A DNA stretch of 12,884 nucleotides from an uncultured bacterium (GTDB lineage Bacteria > Hydrogenedentota > Hydrogenedentia > Hydrogenedentales > JAEUWI01): the NCBI GenBank assembly GCA_963977445.1, contig CAXBPH010000203.1:1-12884 (forward strand). The letters are read 5' to 3'. A program made the translations under genes and the position numbers. This document shows positions 1 through 7,375 of the stretch, piece by piece. The stretch's first letter is position 1. Every line of letters starts with the position of its first letter. A model generated the notes under the pieces. It had not been told where the DNA came from, did no database searches, and saw only the letters and a program-made list of their open reading frames with translations.

Positions 1-2
1 CC

Positions 3-380
3 AAGAAAATCCGTCAAGCCACGTCGACGGATAAGGGCATCACCTGGGGCGAAGTTACCCCCATGGACATACCCAATCCCGGTTCTTCCGTGGATGTGGT
101 CGTTTTGGCCAACGGACACTGGGTCCTGTTGTGCAACGACACCACTGAGGGCCGACATATCGTAACCGCCTACCTTTCCGAAGACGAGGGACTCACCTGG
201 CCCCTATCACGTCAACTCGAATCTTTCGAGCCCGATGCCGGGTCCGGTTCCTATTTTTCTGTGATTCAGAGCAAGGATGGTCTGATTCACGTCACCTACT
301 CCTACAAAAACGAAAAAACGCCCGGTTCCAGCATCAAACATGTCGCCTTTGAAGAAGCCTGGATCACCGGGGGTAATTAA
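3..380 (+). CDS. BNR/Asp-box repeat protein (exo-alpha-sialidase-like beta-propeller), C-terminal part; 5' end lies outside the window
   Basis: Frame is open from base 3 (KKIRQATSTDKGITWGEVTPMDIPNPGS...). It has two Asp-boxes (STDKGITW, SEDEGLTW), the PNPGS motif and the SYxSVIQxxDGxIHVTYS...IKHV ending typical of BNR_2 proteins. Confidence 0.88.
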   Translation, partial: KKIRQATSTDKGITWGEVTPMDIPNPGSSVDVVVLANGHWVLLCNDTTEGRHIVTAYLSEDEGLTWPLSRQLESFEPDAGSGSYFSVIQSKDGLIHVTYSYKNEKTPGSSIKHVAFEEAWITGGN

Positions 381-520
381 ACGTCGGGAGAACCAACCGC
401 CCCTGTCGGCAAGCACTCACCGAGCGATGACGTTCCCCCGTTCTGTATTCAAGTCGGTGGGTCTCGCCTGGCAGCCCGTTGCAAAACTCGAACTTGGGTT
501 ACGTGTACAGAAATTCTCTT

Positions 521-626
521 AGCCCCGTAGGGGCGGCAGACCGTAGCCCAGGGTAAAGCGAGGTACGAGCGGAACCCTGGGTCCTCGTGAGTTGTCAATC
601 CATGAACCCCGGAGGGGTGGCACAGA
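521..626 (+). repeat. REP-like multi-hairpin intergenic element
   Basis: Hairpins GCCCC-GTA-GGGGC (522-534), CCCAGGGT/ACCCTGGG (547-554/574-581) and ACCCC-GGA-GGGGT (606-618). The first and last are degenerate direct copies (AGCCCCGTAGGGGCGGCAGA vs AACCCCGGAGGGGTGGCACA). Confidence 0.7.
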
Positions 627-800
627 GACAAGGGGGAATGGGGCAAGTGCGTCTCCAAGGTTCGCTTTGGCCGGTGGGGGTAATTAAACCTCTACCCCAA
701 TTCACCCTCCCCCCCGCCGTTCCCCCCCCGTTCAGCCCACCCTATTGTGCAACGTCGCCGCTCCATAAATAGGAAGCGTCAACGCACACAAGGGGGAATC

Positions 801-1217
801 ATGGAGCTATCGACACTGGCCCGGGGCGAAACCTGGATGAATGAGGAAGAATCGGCGTTGAACCGCCAATTCGTGCAGGGCGTAGGCGAATTGCTACACG
901 ACCGGGGCGTGGTGCTGAATCCACTCCTCACACTCCGCATCAATGATGTGCTCGTGTCCTGGTTGCTGGTCCGCCGCATGGAACGCAACCTCGCAGAAGT
1001 GGACTCCTCGGCAGAACTGCCCGAAGCACCCCAAACCACACCCGCCCAGGCCGATGCCATCGGAAAGAGCCGGGAACGTCTCCGCAAATCCATCAAGGAC
1101 CTGGAAGACTATTGCGCACGGGCAGGCACACCCATCGACACGGGACTTGCCGACGCCATGAAACCCGTCATCCAGCAGGTCCAGGGTAAGCACCCCTTCT
1201 TCTCCACAGAGCCATAA
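801..1217 (+). CDS. Hypothetical helical protein (138 aa), possible terminase small subunit
   Basis: ATG at 801 preceded by AGGGGGA at 791-797. GC3-rich codons. Two amphipathic helices (LRINDVLVSWLLVRRMERNL; ADAIGKSRERLRKSIKDLEDY) joined by a P/A/E-rich linker. The coding call is solid; the TerS function is inference. Confidence 0.75.
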   Translation: MELSTLARGETWMNEEESALNRQFVQGVGELLHDRGVVLNPLLTLRINDVLVSWLLVRRMERNLAEVDSSAELPEAPQTTPAQADAIGKSRERLRKSIKDLEDYCARAGTPIDTGLADAMKPVIQQVQGKHPFFSTEP

Positions 1218-1283
1218 GAAGCGAAGGGCTTGTGAAACTTGTCGCCACGAATATTTTGGCGGGAAAAACCACAAACCATGGGC

Positions 1284-1472
1284 GTGCCGCGCGATCTGGT
1301 ACTCCAGTTCGTGCGTTGGGACTGCGGGAGCAAAGTGCGATCTATGTGGTTGTGGGAAGTCTTCAAGATCTCATTTTGAATAGCGCATTGTGCTTGGCCT
1401 TGGCCTCAATGGAGAGACATAATCATTTCTCCCAACCCGCGCACGAACCGGAAATACCGGATCGCGCGGCAC
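1284..1472. repeat. Inverted REP doublet (REPIN-like), GTGCCRCGCGATC family, copy pair 1
   Basis: Left arm 1284-1315 is GTGCCGCGCGATCTGGTACTCCAGTTCGTGCG. The reverse complement of the right arm 1440-1472 is GTGCCGCGCGATCCGGTATTTCCGGTTCGTGCG. The spacer is about 124 bp with lower GC, and each arm is itself a hairpin. Confidence 0.85.
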
Positions 1473-1646
1473 AATTGGTGGGTTCAGTTTGTTTTGATGG
1501 AGCGAGTCTTTGTTGGGACTCAAGAAGCTCAGTGGGGTCTAAAATGGGCCGCACGGAAGGGAATCTCGTGTGCGTGCCCGTTTTAGTGCGATTACCCTGA
1601 TCCGACACGCTTGAAACGCTGCCGGGCGATATGCGATAGATCAGGT

Positions 1647-2084
1647 ATGAAATATCTTACCCTACTCGCGCTGTGCGCCCTCTTCGTCCTCCCCGGTTGT
1701 GCCTCCCACCCCAAGACCACGGGCAAACCCGTCGTCAAGGAAGTGCTGACCACGGGCTATTGTAAGTGTGGTCGCTGTTGTAACTGGACCCACACGACCT
1801 TCCTGCGACGCACCGTTATCAAGGACGGCCCCAACAAGGGCGACCGAAAGAAAGTGCGGAAGACAGCCAGTGGTAAAATGGCCAAGAAAGGCCACACCAT
1901 CGCCGCCGACCCGAAGATCTACCCCTTTGGCACGGTCATGTACATTCCTGATTACGGTTATGGCGTCGTAGAAGACGTGGGCGGGGCCATCAAGGGCGAA
2001 CACATCGACCTGTACTTCGGAAGTCACGAGGCCGCGCTGAAGTGGGGCAAACGGCGAAAGACCATCCAAATCTGGCGCCCGTAA
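1647..2084 (+). CDS. 3D (Asp-Asp-Asp) domain lipoprotein, MltA-like putative peptidoglycan lytic transglycosylase
   Basis: Signal peptide with lipobox LPGC. Motifs TTGYC, TASG, TIAADPKIYPFGTVMYIPDYG, EDVGGAIKGEHIDLYF and ALKWG include all three conserved Asp. Confidence 0.92.
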   Translation: MKYLTLLALCALFVLPGCASHPKTTGKPVVKEVLTTGYCKCGRCCNWTHTTFLRRTVIKDGPNKGDRKKVRKTASGKMAKKGHTIAADPKIYPFGTVMYIPDYGYGVVEDVGGAIKGEHIDLYFGSHEAALKWGKRRKTIQIWRP

Positions 2085-2101
2085 GCCCGGTCTGAGACCC
2101 C

Positions 2102-3019
2102 TCAGGGGGCCATGTAGGTCGCCAGGAATTGCTTGGTCAGGGTGGCCAGATCCTGGCCCTCAAAGAGCCCTTCCCACGCGCCGTGACTTTCGCCCGAAAT
2201 GGGATAATAGGCCACAGGGATACCGTTGGCATTACAGGCATCCCGAATTTCCAGCGCCGGGGCTAGCGAAATACCAACGGTAAAATCGTTGGTTCCGTGG
2301 AAAATCATTACGGGGGGATCGGACGGATCGAAGGCATTCACCACGGGGGCGGCACTTCCCCAGCAATCGATGATAACTTCGGGACGGGCATTAACGCCGG
2401 GATTATTTTTCGCCGGCACGGGAAAAGCTTCGCCATCGCTGCTGAAGAGGGCGTCGCCCGTTAATCCGGCGGCCAGCGCGGCAAAGGCACCGGCGGACTC
2501 ACCCCACAGCGCAATGCGATTCGGCTCGACCCGCAGGGAACTCGCGTTGGCCCGCACATAACGCATGGCCGTCTTGGCATCCACAAAAGACGCATGCATG
2601 GCCGAGCGCAAATCCAGGGCGTCAAAGAGGAACTCCGAAGTATCCGGCGTCCAATCCTTGGGCGCGGGTGGCTCATCGCCCTTGAGGCGGTAATCAATCA
2701 AAAAACAGACGTAACCCTCGAGGGCCAGTGCGTTGGCCTGGATCAGCAGGTTTTCGTCTTCTTTGGTGCCCCCTTCAAAGGAGCCCCCGTGAATCATGAC
2801 GACGGCCGGGCGATTTTCTTCGACCCCTTCAAGTTCCACCAGGTCAAATTTGAGGTCCACCAGGGTGTAACCCGCCTCCGTCGTGTTGGCCACGTTGCCC
2901 TGACCATAAACCAGGTCTACGGTGCGTATTACGCCGGGGGACAGGGGGCCGGGACAGCCGCTCATCAAGATGAGGGCGACAGGCAACGCGAACACGCTGA
3001 GAAACTTCACAAACTTCAT
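2102..3019 (-). CDS. Alpha/beta hydrolase lipoprotein (HSL/BD-FAE-like carboxylesterase)
   Basis: Lipobox LMSGC, oxyanion HGGSF, IDYRL, nucleophile elbow GESAG, HGTND (Asp) and ESHG (His). RBS AGGAG upstream of the ATG. Confidence 0.93.
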   Translation of the reverse strand: MKFVKFLSVFALPVALILMSGCPGPLSPGVIRTVDLVYGQGNVANTTEAGYTLVDLKFDLVELEGVEENRPAVVMIHGGSFEGGTKEDENLLIQANALALEGYVCFLIDYRLKGDEPPAPKDWTPDTSEFLFDALDLRSAMHASFVDAKTAMRYVRANASSLRVEPNRIALWGESAGAFAALAAGLTGDALFSSDGEAFPVPAKNNPGVNARPEVIIDCWGSAAPVVNAFDPSDPPVMIFHGTNDFTVGISLAPALEIRDACNANGIPVAYYPISGESHGAWEGLFEGQDLATLTKQFLATYMAP

Positions 3020-3127
3020 GAGACCTACTCCTTGGGTGTCTATTCTGCTTCCTAGTATAAACCATCGCGCCCGACGATGGCAGCGGCAGCCCGAGGGGTC
3101 TCCTCAACCAGGCGAAAGGCCCTACCT

Positions 3128-4588
3128 ATGACCACGAAACTACCGACGCTGGCCCAACTGCAGAATCGCGGACTCAACGAGTCGGACGCCCAACGCTGGC
3201 TTGCCCTGCAAGACCGCGTCACCTTTGTGGAGACCTTCTTTGCCGATCGCGCAGGCACCCCATGGGAGGTCCGGGCCTATCAGCGGGGCTCGCTCAATTC
3301 CCTCGCTGCGCGGAAGGTTCATTGCGACGGCCGCGACGTGGGCAAGACGACCGAGATCGAGGCCATCGCCTGCTGGGCCATGGTGGCCTGCCCCGATTCG
3401 GAGATGCTGATTGCGACGCAAACAGAGAATCAGCTTTTTCCCCTCATGAATCGCATTGCCCGGCGCTTTGAAAATACGCCCGCCTTCGCACCTTCCCTGA
3501 TAGAAATGAAACGGTCCCCCTCGTGGTATTTTCGCTTCTCCAATGGCTTTGTTTTGTGGGGGCGTATCGCCGGCCCCCGAGGCACCAATTTTCAGGGCAT
3601 GCACGTGGACTGGCAAATTGTGGATGAGGCCCAGGAGATGACCGACACCGCCTGGGGTGAGCTTTACCAGGCCCTCAATGGGGGTGGACGCCGCTGGGTC
3701 TATGGTGTGCCCAATGGCCTGCGAAATACCTTCTATCGCATGAGTCAGATGCCCGACACGGAGCAATACAACTGGCCCAGCACCATCAACCCCGATTTTG
3801 ATGGTGCCAAAGAACGAGAGCTGACCCTCCTCTATGGTGGACGGAATACGCCGGGTTATATGCATCGTGTCTTGGGACAGCACGGTGCACCCATGCATGC
3901 CGTCTTCTCCCTCGACGAATATCTCCAATGTGTGGAGGAGGCCATCGAATTTGAAGATGTCGTACTGCGGGAAGAAGACCCCTTCGACGGACCCCGTGAT
4001 GTGGTGCCGGGCGATTATTATCTCGGCTGCGATTTGGGCTACGCCCGGGACCCCTCCGAGTTCGTCGTCTACCGCAGCGAATCGCCCCACTTCACCAACG
4101 TGCTTCGTGTGCACCTGGAGGGCGTCAACTATGCACGGCAACAGCAGATTATCGTAGACCTCGATCAGGCCTACGACTTTCGCGGTATTGGCATCGACGC
4201 TGGCAATAGTGGACGCGCCGTGGCCCACCAGCTCATGGCCCTGGGGGAAGACTGGTGCGACAAAATCCAGGCCTTCGAGTTTGGCGGCACCATGGAATTA
4301 CAGCCCCTGCCCGACGGCCGCCTTGTCCGTCGCCGGGTGAAGGAGTTCATGACGGAACTGCTGCAACGCCGCATGAACGAAGGCACCATCCGCTTCCCCG
4401 TGTTGGCCGACCGAGAGAGCCAATACGCCGCCCACACCTACGCCGTTGGGGCCTCCGGACAGATCGTCTATGAAAAAGGCAACGACCACCTCATCGATGC
4501 TGACCGCTGCGCCATCCTGCGCCACTATCGGGACCATCTCGAAGAGAGCGCACCAACCTGCCCCGGCATCGGGCTGGTGGGATTCTGA
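3128..4588 (+). CDS. terL: Phage terminase large subunit (ATPase plus RNase H-like nuclease), 486 aa
   Basis: Q-motif RAYQ, Walker A GRDVGKT (3329-3349), Walker B WQIVDE (3611-3628), motif-III region YGVPNG, and nuclease acidic motifs LGCDLG..DPS, GIDAG and NDHLID (4481-4498). ATG 3128 has GAAAGG upstream; an alternative start is 3077. Confidence 0.9.
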   Translation: MTTKLPTLAQLQNRGLNESDAQRWLALQDRVTFVETFFADRAGTPWEVRAYQRGSLNSLAARKVHCDGRDVGKTTEIEAIACWAMVACPDSEMLIATQTENQLFPLMNRIARRFENTPAFAPSLIEMKRSPSWYFRFSNGFVLWGRIAGPRGTNFQGMHVDWQIVDEAQEMTDTAWGELYQALNGGGRRWVYGVPNGLRNTFYRMSQMPDTEQYNWPSTINPDFDGAKERELTLLYGGRNTPGYMHRVLGQHGAPMHAVFSLDEYLQCVEEAIEFEDVVLREEDPFDGPRDVVPGDYYLGCDLGYARDPSEFVVYRSESPHFTNVLRVHLEGVNYARQQQIIVDLDQAYDFRGIGIDAGNSGRAVAHQLMALGEDWCDKIQAFEFGGTMELQPLPDGRLVRRRVKEFMTELLQRRMNEGTIRFPVLADRESQYAAHTYAVGASGQIVYEKGNDHLIDADRCAILRHYRDHLEESAPTCPGIGLVGF

Positions 4589-4605
4589 CACACGGGAACG
4601 GGCGC

Positions 4606-4970
4606 GTCGGGGACTGCACCGACCTCGCATACTTGATTCGAGCGGTAAAGACGGCCTGGTGCCAGAATGCGTGTCGGTAGGCTGGAACACGTAGAAGATC
4701 GGGGCTGTCCCCCCGAGGGCAAATCCCCCTCAGGGGGTCTACAAAACACCCACCACCGTGCCACGCGATCCGACAACGTCGGTTCGTGTGTATGAAGCAA
4801 CTAAAACGAGAAACAACACAAAAAAATCATACGGGCGTTAACAAACCATGCACCAAACAATAAGATTGACACAAACCCACACTCCATGGGACGCACACGA
4901 ACCGACGTTGTCGGATCGCGTGGCACGAAAAAGTTCCTGCTCTTAAACGTTTCGGAGTGCAGTCCCCGAA
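4606..4970. repeat. Three copies of a short TCGGGG(A)CTG...CCGA hairpin (REP-like)
   Basis: TCGGGGACTGCAC at 4607-4619 and its exact reverse complement at 4957-4969, plus the variant TCGGGGCTGTCCCCCCGA at 4699-4716. Each copy forms a local hairpin. Confidence 0.7.
4757..4927. repeat. Perfect 34-bp inverted repeat (REPIN/MITE-like), GTGCCRCGCGATC family, copy pair 2
   Basis: CGTGCCACGCGATCCGACAACGTCGGTTCGTGTG at 4757-4790 and its exact reverse complement at 4894-4927, around a 103-bp A-rich spacer between convergent genes. Confidence 0.92.
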
Positions 4971-6077
4971 CTACTCCGGCACGCTGTAGTCGATGAGCCG
5001 CACGTCCACTTCGTCGCGACTGAGGTGCACCGCTACATCGGGCGCTCGTTGACCATCGATGGTAATCGGTTCCGCATCGTAGCGGGCATAGGGTTCGTCG
5101 TCGCAGAGAAACGACAAGGTGTACACCCCCCGCTCGACAAAGGCCGAGGCTTTTCCTTTTGGCGGCACCACCAGGTCTTGTCCCATTTTCCCTTGGCGCA
5201 GACCCGCCGTCATGGTCACGTCGGAGTCGTTCAGCAGACGGATTTCATGGCGGCCCTCGGCCAGTGACCGGGTAAATTCGGGTAAACGGGCATGGGGTTG
5301 ATAGGAGCGGGATTTCGCACCCGCCCCCCCGTCATTTCCCCGTCGTCCCGCACCACCCACGGTGATGGTCGGCCCGGCGCTCTGCTCTGCCGTCCCTTCC
5401 GAAGGCGTTGGGCCCGGCGCGACCCATCGGATGGGCTTGCGAACCCCTTCTTCCTTGACGGCATCCGGCATCTGCCCAATGCCCATGGGTTGGGAATTGG
5501 CCGAGGTGACAGCGCGCTCCAAGGGCACAAAAACACCGGGGGCGATTTCGGCCACCGGGCGTCCGTCGATTTCAGCCGTTGGCGGGGCTGGTGTCGGGGA
5601 TTCCGTCCTGGGCGTGGCTACCTGGGCGGTCCGCAGTCGCCCCGAAGTACGCACCTGTCCCCCGTCAAAGCGCACCGTAACGCTGCTTCCGATATCATCC
5701 ACCCAACGGAGTACCTCTACCTGTCCCCCATCGCCGCCAACACGGAGACCCTCCCAGCCCACCAGGCCTTCTACCGCTTCCCGGGTCATCCCCCGTTGAA
5801 TCTGCGCGACGACGGATGGCGTAAGCTCGTGACGAATTTCTCCGGTGTCGGAACGCTCAAGCGCCGGGACAGGCTCCACCGCCGTGTCGGGCAACGCCCC
5901 GTCGGTCTCGACGTTGACGACGGCAGGAGGCTCAGCCGATTCCACTACCGTAATGTCCGGCGCATCGTGCTTCGACGTTTCCTGGCCACAGCCGACAAGC
6001 ACGAGCCCCCCCAGAAGCAACCCCAAAAAGGGTTTCACGCCGACGTACAGCCCGTTCGTTTTAGTTGGATTACGCAT
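4971..6077 (-). CDS. Hypothetical lipoprotein with a SmpA/BamE- or BLIP-like small domain, Pro/Gly-rich linkers and a C-terminal beta-rich domain
   Basis: Hydrophobic stretch with lipobox LVGC. Segment QIQRGMTREAVEGLVGWEG...LRW...SVTVRFDGGQV matches the IxxGMTxxxVxxLxG pattern. 368-aa ORF. Confidence 0.8.
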   Translation of the reverse strand: MRNPTKTNGLYVGVKPFLGLLLGGLVLVGCGQETSKHDAPDITVVESAEPPAVVNVETDGALPDTAVEPVPALERSDTGEIRHELTPSVVAQIQRGMTREAVEGLVGWEGLRVGGDGGQVEVLRWVDDIGSSVTVRFDGGQVRTSGRLRTAQVATPRTESPTPAPPTAEIDGRPVAEIAPGVFVPLERAVTSANSQPMGIGQMPDAVKEEGVRKPIRWVAPGPTPSEGTAEQSAGPTITVGGAGRRGNDGGAGAKSRSYQPHARLPEFTRSLAEGRHEIRLLNDSDVTMTAGLRQGKMGQDLVVPPKGKASAFVERGVYTLSFLCDDEPYARYDAEPITIDGQRAPDVAVHLSRDEVDVRLIDYSVPE

Positions 6078-6178
6078 GCTTCAGTATCCCGCCCTTCCGA
6101 AAGGAATGCAAGCTTCCGAAGTCCATCGACACCGCGCAACTTGCCCCCGGTTGCCTTGAATCGGTAGGCTGCTGGTCT

Positions 6179-7375
6179 ATGGCACCCCAATCCAAGGAGA
6201 TTCTTTTGCGCACCATTCTGAATGTAGTCCTGTTGTTTTTGACTCTTGCGGCAACCCTGGCCCGTCCCGCCGCTGCCGACACGCCCTATACGCTGTGGAC
6301 CGGCACCTCGCCCTTCCCCCCAGTCGCCGCAATTCCGCCAGTACCCGGCGTGACCCATCATGTTATCCATGAGGGCGAAACGGGCGCCTATCAGTTTCTA
6401 CTCGGCACCGCCCTCGCCTTCCACGAGGGCACTCTATGGGCCAGTTGGGGCAACAGCCTCGTTGATGAAAATGACGATGGCTCCATCATGGGCGGGCGGG
6501 CCTCCCGCGATGGGGGCACCACGTGGGGCCCCTTTCAAATCATTGCCCCCGGCGCGCCCGGGCCCGACTCCCACAGCCATGGGGTTTTCTTGAACCACAA
6601 CGACGAACTCTGGGCCTACGCGGCACGGGCCGACTATATCGCCGGTGGAAAAGCCTACCCCAAGCTGCGCGCGGAAGCCTACCGCCTTGAGGACAATGCC
6701 TGGGTATCGAAAGGTATCGTCGCGGAGGGCCTCTTCTGGCCCCTGACCGAGCCCCAACCCATGAAAGACGGCAATTACATCATGGGTGGGCTCATCGTGG
6801 ACCCTGAAAACGGTTGGCCCGATGCGGAAGGGGCCGTGGCTATTTCGGCGGGGGACGATGTGACGAAATGGACCCCCGTAGAAATCCCGCGCGTTCCCGG
6901 CGACAAGGTCTGGGGCGAGACGTCGCTCATCGTAGAAGACGACCTGATTACCGCCATCGTCCGCTATGGAAGCAAGGCCGTGGCGCTGGTGTCCTTCAGC
7001 GAAGACTTCGGCAAAACCTGGACCACCCTCCGGGACAGCAATCTGCCCAACGCCAACTCCAAGCCCTACGCCGGCACACTAAGCACGGGGCATTGGTATG
7101 CCCTTGTCAATCTGGAGAATCGAGACACCCTGGCCATCGTCATCGGCGAACCCGGCGCAAGGACATTCTCCAAGGTGTGGACCATACGAACAGGCAAATC
7201 CCACGTACCACGAAATCCGGGCGGCGGCAAACATCCCCAATGGTCCTACCCCTATGCCGTGGAACACGACGGCAAGCTCTTTGTAGGCTATTCCATTTCG
7301 AAAGAAGATTGCGGCCTGTCGGTGCTCCCCATCGAAAACCTTATCGCCCCGGGCGTGGAGTTATCCAATGAATGA
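6179..7375 (+). CDS. Secreted BNR/Asp-box (sialidase-like) beta-propeller glycosidase
   Basis: Signal peptide ending ARPAAA-D, Asp-boxes SRDGGTTW and SEDFGKTW, SKPYAG and a C-terminal WSYPYA motif. The likely start is ATG 6179 rather than 6065. Confidence 0.87.
   Translation: MAPQSKEILLRTILNVVLLFLTLAATLARPAAADTPYTLWTGTSPFPPVAAIPPVPGVTHHVIHEGETGAYQFLLGTALAFHEGTLWASWGNSLVDENDDGSIMGGRASRDGGTTWGPFQIIAPGAPGPDSHSHGVFLNHNDELWAYAARADYIAGGKAYPKLRAEAYRLEDNAWVSKGIVAEGLFWPLTEPQPMKDGNYIMGGLIVDPENGWPDAEGAVAISAGDDVTKWTPVEIPRVPGDKVWGETSLIVEDDLITAIVRYGSKAVALVSFSEDFGKTWTTLRDSNLPNANSKPYAGTLSTGHWYALVNLENRDTLAIVIGEPGARTFSKVWTIRTGKSHVPRNPGGGKHPQWSYPYAVEHDGKLFVGYSISKEDCGLSVLPIENLIAPGVELSNE

Noticed and set aside
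471..490. GCAGCCCGTTGCAAAACTCG loosely resembles an IS terminal repeat
   Set aside because: No partner inverted repeat or transposase in the window.
1232..1600. 122-aa ORF
   Set aside because: It runs through the REP doublet, and has no clear RBS, poor codon bias and no domain.
2098..2109. CCCCTCAGGGGG shared with 4726-4737
   Set aside because: It overlaps the esterase last codons and stop, is low complexity and is likely coincidental.
3140..4228. 362-aa antisense ORF within terL
   Set aside because: Shadow ORF expected from GC3-biased codons; no motifs.
801..4588. Calling the region a prophage
   Set aside because: No integrase, portal, capsid, tail or replication genes, and host-type genes are interspersed.
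1284..4927. CRISPR array interpretation of the ~33-bp palindromic repeats
   Set aside because: Copies are inverted, not tandem, spacers exceed 100 bp, and there are no cas genes.
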